Of a stretch of 64,000 bases of DNA, positions 1 to 12,700 are shown one piece after another (the first letter of the stretch is position 1; every line of letters starts with the position of its first letter). Below the pieces are notes generated by a model, which had not been told where the DNA came from, did no database searches, and saw nothing but the letters and a program-made list of their open reading frames with translations. The stretch covers positions 87,188 to 151,187 of the forward strand of contig NMRA01000543.1 in NCBI GenBank assembly GCA_002633005.1. The letters are read 5' to 3'. The DNA comes from Phoronis australis (Eukaryota > Animalia > Phoronida). Made by a program: the position numbers and the translations under genes.

Positions 1-364
1 CTGCCACAGCTTTGATCTTAGCAGTCAAAACAAATCGCTATAAATTTTCTGCCAAATGAACGACTAAAATAAAGCAGTCGTATAATGCCATATCTGCTAT
101 TAGCACCCCCGTTTGAACAGCTAAAAATTATGAATTTAAACCGGAGAGAGGTACCATAGATGGCATAAGGCGACTTTTGCATTCAGGTGGGACGCATGTG
201 AAGTCGCAAAAAGACAACATTGGCACACATTCAAGTTGCGTGTGAAGCCAAGAGGCGGCATTGGCAGTGTCTAAAAGTCTGACTGTGCAGCAAAAGTACA
301 CAACTTAATGAAAAACATAACGAACAACCCGTCTACAAATGCCAAACATGAGCCATTCACTCAC

Positions 365-773
365 TTGGTCCTCAACATCTTCCTCAGGCTGCAATTCACT
401 GGTCACAGTGACATCTAGTGTCTCGTCATCAAGACGTGTGTCACAATTAGCACCATTTGTTTGACTACCACCATCTCCTCTCGACATCTTGCTGACAACT
501 TTAGCCTTGCTCAGTTCGTTCACATCACCACAAACATCACCAGCCTCGTGCTTAGATGTGTCTGCGCTACACGCTTCGGTTGAGTTGTTCAGCTCAACTG
601 CGTCATTCGTAGATTGTTCTAGACTGTCTCCACACTCGCTCTGGTGCGAACTCTGGGGTGAGTCTTCAGTTTCGTCGCCATACACGGACTGCAGTGCCAA
701 CAGACTGGAGGCATTATGGTAAACAGGGCAATGTAGACCGGGGAAGCAGATTATGGCCAAGAACCAGTGGGCA
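365..773 (-). CDS. SENP6/7: SENP6/7 exon: catalytic His motif ([12 protein letters not shown]) plus acidic insertion loop
   Basis: Acceptor tttttctag before 773, donor gtgagt after 365; within ORF 305..853. Confidence 0.9.
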
Positions 774-3700
774 CTAGAAAAAGAAAAAGCAATGAAGAAT
801 GCACCATTGCCAGAAATACGATAAAACCACAACAAAAATGTTTTTAATATCACACAAAACTAGTCGCATCTATTCAATCCACAATATGGCAGAAACACTG
901 TCTATTTTGGTGATTCTTTGTACGTGAACTAACAGAAGCACTGCTGTAATTGTCGCCATTGAGTTTTTGTTCAAAGGAAACTACCTAAAGATTAATTAAT
1001 TACAGAAGAACAGAGCAAACCATCTTCATCTTCATGAATGTTTACTATTTCGTGTAGAAGAATTGGTTGGAGAGTATAATTACACTACACTAAAGTGCTT
1101 CCTAAAGTTCAGAAGCATGGTCCGATACAAACTCCTTGCAGAAACAAAACATAATAACCTTAGCAACACTTCTTTCTACAAAAAATTAGGCATGTTATTA
1201 GTGTAGGCGAAAAACCTTGGTGTAATTTGAAATTTAAAAAATGCAAACAAAATCAGCATAACTGTTGCAATTAGTCAAAAGAAATACTGATAATAACTAA
1301 TAAAAATACATACTGAAAAGCAAGCAATGCTAGCGTGACAGCAGCTTAACTCAAAGTAACTTCTAGGCAAAGTAAACCAGCAAATATGTCAAGAGGAAAA
1401 ATGAAAACTAAAACTTACTGTTCATTTATAGGAATTATGATGAAATCTTTCTCAAAGATATCGATTTGACGAGTCCAGGTTTTCACTTTACAATGGCGTC
1501 GTTGAGGTAAACTAAAAACACACATAGTTAGGCAATTTGCAAACAGCTCCACTTAGCGAGAATTAAATAACAAGTTAACATTTTCTACTTCTGTTTCTTT
1601 GACCAGGCACAGGTGTATAGCAGCCGCATGAAATAATCTAAGCTTGTCACAAACGCCATCGTCTACTTAATGTCACGCTGACTGCAAAATTTCAACCCCA
1701 TGGTTCTTTCCAGGAATTTCCAAACTAACTAACCACTTTTCTAAGAAACATTTTTGAACAGCTGTTCCAGTTACAAAACTGTAATCGACCCATTCATTTG
1801 TGTAAAAGTGAACGACTACACGCTAACCATGGCAAGGTTACCTCATGCTCAAGTCCTCTTTGTGTCCTTTGCCTGTGAGACGTTTGTAGAAGAAAGAATT
1901 AAATATGTGTGTCCGCTTCCTGTCATGTTCACTCAGCTTCTCGAGAAACAGATACCTGCAAGTAACGAGATACCGCAGTCAGGGTGCGTGTCACGGGTGA
2001 TTAAAGTAGCAGTTTATTACAAGCTGTCATATTGTCATCACGATTAAACCAACCTAACGGTATTCCGGATTTGACGCTCCTCTTTGTGGAGGTAAAAACA
2101 GGGTGTTGCATGACTGCCCTAACTTTTGAAGTGTAGGGTCACCAACACACTTACTTGCAGTATTGCAGAAGAGAAGGACAGTTTATCCCACCTCACTCAG
2201 ATTTTCAAAGTTTTCTAGATCTGCACTGCAACTCATTCTGCCTCAGTGAAAACCTTATTGGCCTCGGAATGTCACATGCAAAATTGTGAAAGCTGCATAG
2301 CTCTGTAGAGCAAGTGCTCTATGGACACACAACATTATGGGTAAAAACAATAGAATCTGAGGTAGGACGAGGAGGCAATTTCACTTGTTTAAAATGTTTC
2401 ACTTCTTATCACATACAGTGTAAAAGCACTTTATCAAACACATTCCCATATGCTACCCATTGCAATGAAGAAGTACATCCTGGAACAGCCAGGTGGAAAC
2501 ACCTTGCTTCCTGAAATTCTCCCAATATAACAATAATGCAACCTCCTAGTAAGAAATGTACCTTTAACGTTATGTAAGTCCTTATAAACGAGTCTGTAAA
2601 CTTAGAGAAAAACCACAAAATTATAGATTTTAAGCCGGTAAAAGTACACATTCCTGACAGTAAAAAACTTGTAGGAGTTGAATGTTGACATTTTACCAAT
2701 GTGACGTAAGGAGACATGAACAAGTCTTTTTCATTGATGGCAGAACAATAGTATCAGTAGCAAGACCAAATGTTCAAGATAAAACATCAAGAACGCCATT
2801 ACTTTATCTAAATTACCGTTTCTCTTTCGTCTGACACAATCTGAGTTTTTTCATGAAAATCCTAAAGGTCCAATTTTAATAGTTCCTCAAACAAAAGTGG
2901 AATGTTTTCAAAACAATCCCCGACAGTGTCTCGGAGAACAGTGCCTAAAACAAGATATCAAAAAGTTTCATGTGAATCCGAGCACCCTTTTCCGAGATGT
3001 GATGTTTCAAAGTTGGCCAAATTCGGTCATTTTTCAAGGGTCTTGCATAACCTTAATTTACACGCCTGTACATGTGTCCCTACAGTAAGGGTCTACGCAG
3101 CAGCTAGTCCGATTGCACACTTACTTGTTGTAAAAATCAATGATAACATCATTGAGGAATTCGCCCTCGTTCAAACAGAACAGGTCCTCATTTGTAACTT
3201 CTATTGCACCTTTGCTGCGCCCCGGCGGATACACAAATAACCTGCAAGGACATGATCACGTGTAATTCCCGGCTGAGCTTAAAGCAATAGTCACCAATTC
3301 AGAAAAAGACATCTTTGGAATACAACACCACATCATGATGGGACGTACAGAAACAATACGATAGTAAGACTCTGGTATGACAAAGCGTCTAAATACATTT
3401 TGTATTTTCTAAGAGACATCCGTTTAAAGACTGACTTCGTTAAGCAAAATATGGGAAACAAACACATACTACACAGGCAGCACAACTAACAAATATTGCT
3501 GCAGAATAACAGAATGCATTTACAATGAATAACAAGAACTCACTTTTTGACAGGACCGGAGAATGTGACTCGAGGCGGAGACTGAGATCGCTCCAGTTCC
3601 CGTTTCTCAGCATCAACAGAGAATTTGACCAGCTCGCTGTCTATTGGTCGCTGCCGCAGCATCCTACCCTTCTCAAGGGTGGGTGTCGACTTCACCAACA

Positions 3701-6700
3701 AGCTGTTGGCAGCCTTATAGTCTATGAACTTGACCAGCACGTTACCATGGTGATGACGCAGGCTGATTTCTTTGAATATATCATTCAAGGTACGAGGATT
3801 GGAGTCATTCATGGTCGATTCTTTTAAGAGAATAACTATGTGCTTGTGACAATCCTCTGGAAATACAGTAAAGATACAATGAACAGATACAGTAGAAATA
3901 CAACAAACAGATACAGAAAAGATACAATGAACACAGACCAACAGGAAGCACTAAAGAATCGGATTCTTAAGAAATCATATCAAACTTACACTGTTTCTCT
4001 AGTCTATAAGCATGTGAGTTTCCAGGCAGGCAGTGGTAGTGAAAAGAAACAGAAATAACTTGAATATTGAAAATAAATTCAAACTTGCTATTGTATAATT
4101 CAGTAGCAACTGTCTGAACATTGAGTGTCCCTAAACTGCACTCAATACACTGCAAGAGACATCTCTTCCTCAGTTGCTCTTTTCTCCACTGTTTTTAGTC
4201 ATCTGAGCAGTACACGACATGATTTTGAAACTAGGGATGCCGTTATGATAGACTACGGGAAGGAGTGGTTTAGAAGAGTTGAAACTAGGGATGCCGTTAT
4301 GATAGACTACGGGAAAGAGTGGTTTAGAAGAGTTGAAACTAGGGATGTCGTTATGATAGACTACGGGAAGGAGTAGTTTAGAAGAGTTGAAACTAGGGAT
4401 GCCGTTACGATAGACTACGGGAAGGAGTGGTTTAGAAGAGGTGTTAAAGAGGCAGTATGTGAACGTAAACAGAATTTGTCTCTAAACAAGCAACGGGCTT
4501 CAACATTTCAATTCTCTCACATATGGGACAGTACCACCGTCAATCTACCACACCACTTGACCAAAGTTCCATATGCAGGTCTCAACAGTAGCCAGCTGAA
4601 GTCGACATGACGCAGACAAAACGTTGCTAAATGCGAGTTTATTTCGAGTATTAAATTCATTTCTCTCTAATCTCTCAATCACATACCTTTGGTTTCATTT
4701 AATTTCCATTTACAACTGAAGGCTAGACCCGTTCCCTCTCTACTGCACTGTTACAGGGAATGTCGTTCAAGACAAACTATGGGAGGATGATCCCACCACA
4801 AGCATGTAAAGACCCGGATTTTCCATAGAAACGGAAAACATTCACAAAACCCGACTTCCACAGAATTAGAGATCTCAAATGGAATTTACATATTTCTGTA
4901 GAAGATTCTGTAATACCAATTCGCAGTTTTAATAATGAAGAAAAATTAGGAGTATAAGCCATCAAAATTCAACAATTCTAGCCACAAATCGAATGACGAC
5001 CATTTTGCATCAGCTATGCTCATGTAGTTGTTTATTCCATCTCAAGGTGGTGTTGCTCCCATTATGGTTTTGAGAAGCAATGAACAAACAGCACACAAAG
5101 TCATCAGCGTAATTCAGTGGAGAAAGTAAAACAGTCCCCACTTTATTAATGTTATTAATGCAGAAATAGTAAAAACCGAATTTGCTAATTCACAAAATAA
5201 AAATTACTAAAATGGAATTCTCCGTTTTAGAAAATAGAATATCAGTGTGCACGCTACACACATTGTCAATATGCCTCCATGAAAACACCTGGGACATACC
5301 AGAGCATTGTAACCAACAAAACACAAAGCAAAGGAGAATAATAAATCCAACAAGATCGAAGAGCTTGTATCATCATTATTACCATTACTGGCCGGGTCGT
5401 AATAGGGGCCCGTTTTGCAGTTCATTTTGCAGTGTGACCGTATTTGACAAGCGCTCCCTGGTGTCGTGAGTAAGAACAACACAGGCATGTTGCTACCAAA
5501 GTGAGCGAAACAGTAGACGATGTCTTTAGCAAGAATATGTATCTCCACAGTCTTGTCTTCAGCTGTAAAGATGAAAAGCCACGTAGGTGGGTTTGATAAA
5601 AGCCATATGTTGAGTTCATACACAGGGTGAGGTAAAGTTGCTTGACACATAGGCGGGTTTGATAAAGGCCGGATGGTATATAGAATGAAACATGCTTTCA
5701 TTTTCAAAATGTACACGCATAATTTCTTTACAGTAGCCAAAATGAATTGGACAAGTGAGCACTTTCGTGGTGGATATAAATGTTTATCAAAAAGACCAAC
5801 TACGTCACTGCAACGTAGCGAGCGTTCTGTGATAATTTCTTGTTCCTGATCAATGTTACCCCAATGAAAGCACGATGCTAGCCGCATTAGATATGCATTT
5901 CGAAATCAAAAAAAAAAAACACGTCTTCATTCTTCACTACTATTGAACATTTGGCTTTTATTAAACCTAAAAATGTGTCAGATAATTTTGCTGTTGATGT
6001 ACATTGAGCATCCCTGAACTTCCTGAAAATGCCAAGAAACAAAAATGCTACAAACACACAGGTACTCTTCATCACAGGAAAATAATCTCGATTATAACAT
6101 TTGAACATTTTTCTTTAGAATTTACAGAGCAGCAGAGTGTATGACAAGCTTGACTCGCTGACAGGCACAAGCAATATAGAAATGGTCAATCATTATTCAA
6201 GTAACCAGAATTTACTTTGTCAGTGTCTGTTGCACTTGGGACTTCAAAATCTATGTTAAGTTCTGATAAAAAGACCCATTATATTGGACATTTTGTCTTC
6301 CTTAAAGTACTGGATCAAGCATGTCGTAATAATAACTGCTAATTATCAACTTTTAATGGAATAATATGTCACAACTATTATAATGATAACGGCAGTAAAA
6401 GCAATAGACAAAAATTGACACTCTATAACAGTTACTGAACTACATTTTTGAAAATGATTGCATCGGCACCAACCTTCCATACAAATATCGATACCAGTGT
6501 CAGAGATTTTAACCGGTTTAAAAGGCGACCCTTTGTATGACCCCAGCCGTATGCTACGGGCCTCCATGTGCATCTGTTGACACTTATTCTCCGCTGGCAT
6601 GGAGCTTTCAAGCAGAGGTGAGCTGGTATGACAGGATGTGGTTTGACAGGACACAACATGCCCCCTCTGGAAATAAAAAAAGAATATCACGCTAATTTTG

Positions 6701-9700
6701 CTACGCTCAAAACGATAGGAAATGAAATGGGATGTCGTCCCTTCGACAAAATTCAGTTTGTGTAGCCATGTATCACAAAACCAGAAAGGCGTATTTTACA
6801 AGTGCACTATGAACGAGTATTGAAGAATAATATTCATTCCTGACCACTTTTCCAGGAGATACACTAACTTGAATGGCAACATATATGAATTTGGTTGCTA
6901 TCCGATGTCTTAAGCATCACTCTGAGCCAACCAGTGCTATCAATTGCAAAATGTAACAAGCAGTTGACTTGCATCGCCACGAGAATCCTTATGTAGAATT
7001 CTATTCAAACTCCTATTCAAAACAACTATGTTACGACTATTATTCTTAGCTTTGTGTTCCCAAAACATGGCACAAAAAAGTTACTTCACTTAACATTTTT
7101 CGCATCTACGTAAGTGATTAAACTGTCGTTCCTAATGTTGGTAAAATTTTACTGGCACATACTGGGTCGCTTATGCATCTAAGTTAACAAAAATCCATTC
7201 AAAGAAGTTTTTAAAAAGAATGCACTTTAGGCACCCTTAATCAGAAAGACTACACAAAAAATTTAACTGTACAAGTACGTCATCCACAATTGAAATACTA
7301 CAATAAGTTTCCCCGAGTCACATAATCGCTAAGAATTGGTCATTTTTGCTACATTGTAAGTGCGACACTGAACAGCAGATGGAGCTGTACACACAAAGTT
7401 ATCATCACCTCATCTTCCATTTTTTGACGTCGCGTCACTGGCGCTGAAGATTCCTGAGTGACAGCTGCAGAAGTTTTAGGAGTGCCGCTAGATGGCGCTT
7501 CCTCTTCATCCGAAGATATAGTCACCATTTCTGCAAATCGATGCCACGCATTTTCAACGACAAACAGAAGAGTGGATAGTAAAAAGAAAAATTGTTTTTA
7601 ACAACTGTTAAATTTATATGGTTTCGCAGTCTTCCTTTATATCAAAGCTTGGTTATTTCTCATTTAAGCATGTAGCATGAAAATTTTGCCAGGTGAATAG
7701 TAATACAGCTAAGTCGTGAATTATTTAAAGCCAGAACAATTATGAAAAACATCGGCAAAAATCGACTTTTAAAACAATTCTCAGTTTGGAGATTTTCCTC
7801 CAATTAAAGCGCTTCCAAAATCTAAGACAAAGCCCTTAATTAACGTCTTATTCGACACAATATTTTCATATTTTCAATATCACAGATACACATATAAGTA
7901 TTTAGAAAACGTTAATGACTCGTATCTGAAACTGCCCCTACTTATAAACACTAACAAAAACCCTGTACCTGGCTCAGGAGTTGGTGCCCTAGAGGGGCGA
8001 CCTGGTGGTCTCCCTCGCTTCCTCTCGTTCACCCTCACTAATTTCTTTGCCCCCGTACCCCTCGACGAAACAAGGTTAAAGTTCATAATTGTTGATGAGT
8101 ACGGCTGCGACTGCTCCTGAAGTTTTTTCCCATAGAAATCTTTCTTGCTTATAATCACTGCTGGTGAAGTGTTCGTTACAGGCTTATATATCTTCACGTC
8201 TTTGGGGAACGGCTTGTTGCATGATTCACACTTTTCAAAATCCTGGCTACATGTTCCACATCTCATGCACACGACCATGTATCCATCCTCCTGAAAATGG
8301 AGAAAAGAATGCAAGATGATAAGAAAACAACCATCACAAAATGATACAAAATCCAAATTAAAAGACGCTTACTTCAAAATGTGTTTTATTTTTCATTTTT
8401 ACACATATTTGTTTTTCCTCTTCCATTGCCAAACCTTTCTTCATTACCTGTTTATATATCTTGTCTTACCATTAATTTTCTCCACTGAGATCACTGGTGA
8501 CCTCTCATCTGTATTTCCCTCACTCCGCAATAAAGAAACGTGTTTTCCAAATACAAATACTGACTGAAGGCATCTCCTTACCCTGACTACTAATCAATTA
8601 GTCTGGAATTGTAGAGTTATGATCTATCACCATCAAAGATTTGAAAAACACCAGTCAATATTTAAACGAGCATTTGAACTAACACGACACTTGATAACAC
8701 AGTTACACTGTTACTTTAATTAATGTAATAATTTTGCCCTTGAATCACAAAAAAATTCTTTAACAATCAAGCCTTTATACAGAGATAACGCAAGTCAGAT
8801 TACATAAGACAATATTGTCAAGTTTGCGTATTTAGCTAAAAACCTTCAAAACTACAGATTTTAACTAGTAAAAATAATTTTTTTTCTGAAGTAGAAAGCC
8901 TCAAGAATTAGGTACATTCCTCACAGCGCATAAAGAGCAGTACTGGCTGTACTTCGGGAGCAAGTTTTTGGATATGCAGAATTGATGAACACACGACGCT
9001 TTTCATTGCCGACAGTTTTTATTCCGTTACGTTCATATCTCCGGAACAAAACTCTCAACTGAACATAGATACAGTACCTGAAATTTTCACATAAATCAGA
9101 TCAGCCTTTTCTGCGATATGATGTACAAAATTTTAGGACGTTTTCTAGGGTCCAATATAACCTTAAAAGAGACCTGAACTACACGTTTCAGCATTTTAAT
9201 ATGAATTTTGAAAGTATAAAAGTTGATTACTGGCATCCACACATTCCTAAATAGTGCACAGCATTTTTCTTTTTTACTTTTCCGTAAAGCCCCGCTGCAA
9301 GCGCTGTTTTTCGTGACGTCACTGTGGCTGTACAGCACAAAGAGATATAGGTCATTAGCCGTGCGAGTACGTAGTCCAGTCGACAAATCAACATGTGCAT
9401 AATCACAATTTTTTCATTTTTCTTTCCTGTGATATTGATTCATCCTGAGGCCTAGCCAGCCAGCTAGCCGTATGATGACTTATCTTCAAAATACAGCTAG
9501 GTACCAGTAGCAATGTGTTGAGCTCCGTTAGACTCCGAAATTTCACATAGCCCGGATAGTTCTGCCTGTCACCTCGTCGCAAAACTTATATCAACATGTT
9601 GAGCTATAAACCGGCAGGGGAGCGTGCAAATATCTGGATGTCAACCGACATTCACCTTGCCTGCTGGAGCCGTTTAAGTGAAAAACAATCAAGTAAACGT

Positions 9701-12700
9701 AATTTTATCTCATAATTCTCAGCCTTTTGTAACAAAGAAAACAGGCGCTCAACACGCGCAATTTCCTAAAATTTTGTGACATCTGTCGGGAGCTTCAAAG
9801 GAGCAAAATTTTTTATGAAATTTGGTTTCCAGGTATTAAAATACTAAAAACTTGTAAGGAAATGAAATCAGCCCTTATAAATTGTTGTGACATAAACACA
9901 ACTTGGAAGAACAGTTCAATTGCTTGTTATATAAGGAAGAACAACTCGGGAAACAAAACTGGTCAATAAGGCAACAGGTGACGGCGCCGAAAGCCGACCT
10001 TAAAGAGCGCACCCAAATTTTAGCAGCAGAGTGAACGGCAGAAAGACAATTTTTTAACACCAGTAAACATGGGCGGCGCAGCACTGAAAAAAGTGGGGCT
10101 ATAGCCCTCCCCCCAGCCCCCTGTGGTACACCGCCCATAGACCATGGGCGCTGGAGCCCTGAAAAAGTGGGGGCTTTAGCCCCCCCCCAGCCCCCTACGG
10201 TTCGCCGCCCATGGTAAATAATTTAGTTTACTCAAGGAAGAGTGTAATTTCTAATGACACTAATTTTGTGTCAGATTTTATTTGATCAGTTTTTACCCAC
10301 GCCGGTGCAACAGCTGCTGTATATTTAGTATACAGCTTGCACCAAGGCAAGGCTACGCAGTCGGGGCACTTTCCTGGCCGCCGGCTGGAGTGCCGAGAAC
10401 GGCATCGTTCCACTAATAGTCAACACTACACGGCAGTAAACTTGTATTATAAACTTTTGAGAGCTCAGATTGCAGACGAATTATACACATTAAGCACAGT
10501 TCTGTAGCCGAGAGGCATTCACCAAATAAGCTACATTACATAATAATAACTCATTGCCTTCACCCACGGTACTGCCTCAGTGACGTCAAATGCGCATTAG
10601 CCAATAGCAATTAACATTGGAAAAACGTTTTTCATACAAAAATGTGAAAGAATAACAAAGATGTGATTGATGATATAGTCGACTTTATTCATAAATTAAA
10701 TTAGATTAAAAATGCATGTTATTGTACTTCAGGAACCTTTTAACCACTTTCTTCCCCTAACTTTGAATCCCAGGAAAAGTTAGGTCTGCTTTTAAAAGTA
10801 AGTTTTTAGGTTAGCAAATGGAAATCATGACCTAAGCACTGAGATATGAAGGTCATCTGAATCACAAAACAACAAACTCTGCATTTTTCACTTAGATCTC
10901 AGAAACTGTTAAGCAGACGGCACGTACCCGTTTCGCTCGTTTCTCATCAGGTTCTTCCTGACTCGTACTTGAGCTGACGGCGTCAACACTAGAGGTGACA
11001 GCAGACGACGATGTGCCAGAAGCAGACGCTGTCTTGTCGTTGTGAAGAGGTCTTCTGGGAAGACACAATGGTGACAGCGATGAGTGCGGGTGACAATGGA
11101 CAAGAGAGTTCATAACTGAGTAAGCTACAGTTAAAAGTCATCACCATTTTCAGAAGGGTACAATCCATCTTCTGAAGGGTACAAACCATTTTCAGAAGGG
11201 TACAAACCATCTTCTGAAGGGTACAAACCATCTTCTGAAGGGTACAAACCATCTTCTGAAGGGTACAAACCATCTTCTGAAGGGTACAAACCATCTTCTG
11301 AAGGATACAAACCATTTTCAGAAGAGTACAAACCATTTGCTTCAAGGGGAAGGGGAGGGAGGAGGTAGCTCCGAGTGTGTTCAATTTTTCCATTCCATGC
11401 GCCGACCAAAAATATTTTAGTCTCCTATTAATCTTTAACATCGATAAAACAGGACAAAACAGTCAACAGCTGAACTATGGACAAGATCCAACGAAAACGT
11501 AATGCGAGACTGTGCACCAATTGTTTTATCACATTTCCTGCTGTGAAAATACAGCACTAAAATGTCATTTGCTTTTGCACGTACCAACTTCAAACAAAAC
11601 AATGCAAATAATGATTATCAGCATTTCACCCCAGTGCCACCCTCGACTGGACTAACAACGAACGTGACAACATAGATTATAGAACACTAATATGCATTGC
11701 AATTCGTAGTCGCATTTCGACATCAAACAGCAACCATGTCATCTCAGACCCAGTGTGAAAAATAAAAATCAGATTTTTTTCAAATCAAATCAATGACGTG
11801 GCTTATTTTACTTCCTTTTAAGGACTATTTTACCACTAAACAACAATTATTCTTACTTATACGATGTCAGCACAGTACTTTAAAACAATTATTGACGGAT
11901 GAACCATCATTGGAACACTTTTATTTGACCAGACCGATGTACAGAGAAACATCAGCCTTGAACCACACATTCAGTTTAACATTATAATTTGGAAATTTAG
12001 TACGATTTCAAGACGAGAGGCACGGATAAGTGTAAGTTTTTAATAGATAGAATTTTATTTGGGTAATCATACAGAAGATAATTTAGACGTTTAAGCCTCT
12101 AAAATCCCCTCACAAAGCTGAAAAGTAGAGGAAACATATTTTCAAGGTAAACAGCTGTTATCGTGAACGTTCCCTAAAACTGAATGTGCATAAGATTTCG
12201 TGCACGAGAGACACACGTGATTAGTCAAAGAAACTAAAATTGCAAAAATTTCAGCACAGGTTAGTTGAAAATTTGAATACAGTACATTTTGTAACAGTCA
12301 TCGATTTCAGTAAAACCTCACTAAATACAGATACAACAAATGCAGAAATGACCAGTTTTCCTTGTTCCAAGGTCTTCAAGCATTACATTTATGGTAGTAC
12401 ATATCATAAAGTTTCAACTGTCTGCCATACTGCGTCTTAAAATTGGTGGTAGATTTTACCGATACTAAAATTAACGCTTGCCATTACAGTGCGCACTTTA
12501 CCTGGCAAGAGCAGAGTGTTTCCAATCCCTTGTCTTTAAGAGAGACTGAACTTGAGGCAGCTTCTTAGCTATTCTATAATGAAACAGGTTTACTGAACTG
12601 ATATGCAGTTAACCAAAAATGATACGACTAATAAATGTCACTCTCGCAATATTCAGGTAGTATCGCAACAAAGCAAACTAAAACTTCTCTCTGGCAGAAA

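Noticed and set aside
150-270. Possible additional SENP exon
   Set aside because: An open frame exists but has no recognisable SENP motif; cannot be supported
4225-4440. CRISPR-like array
   Set aside because: Head-to-tail repeats with no unique spacers, in a eukaryotic intron
5207-5887. 226-aa ORF as a stand-alone gene
   Set aside because: Only 5383-5562 is a SENP exon; the flanks are intronic read-through containing short ggtttgataaa repeats
9160-9840. Possible Kolobok-like non-autonomous element with TTAA ends
   Set aside because: TIR similarity too weak to define by eye
10989-11441. Repeat-protein ORFs (QKMVCTL)n and (GLYPSED)n
   Set aside because: Products of a 21-bp minisatellite; not needed for the SENP frame
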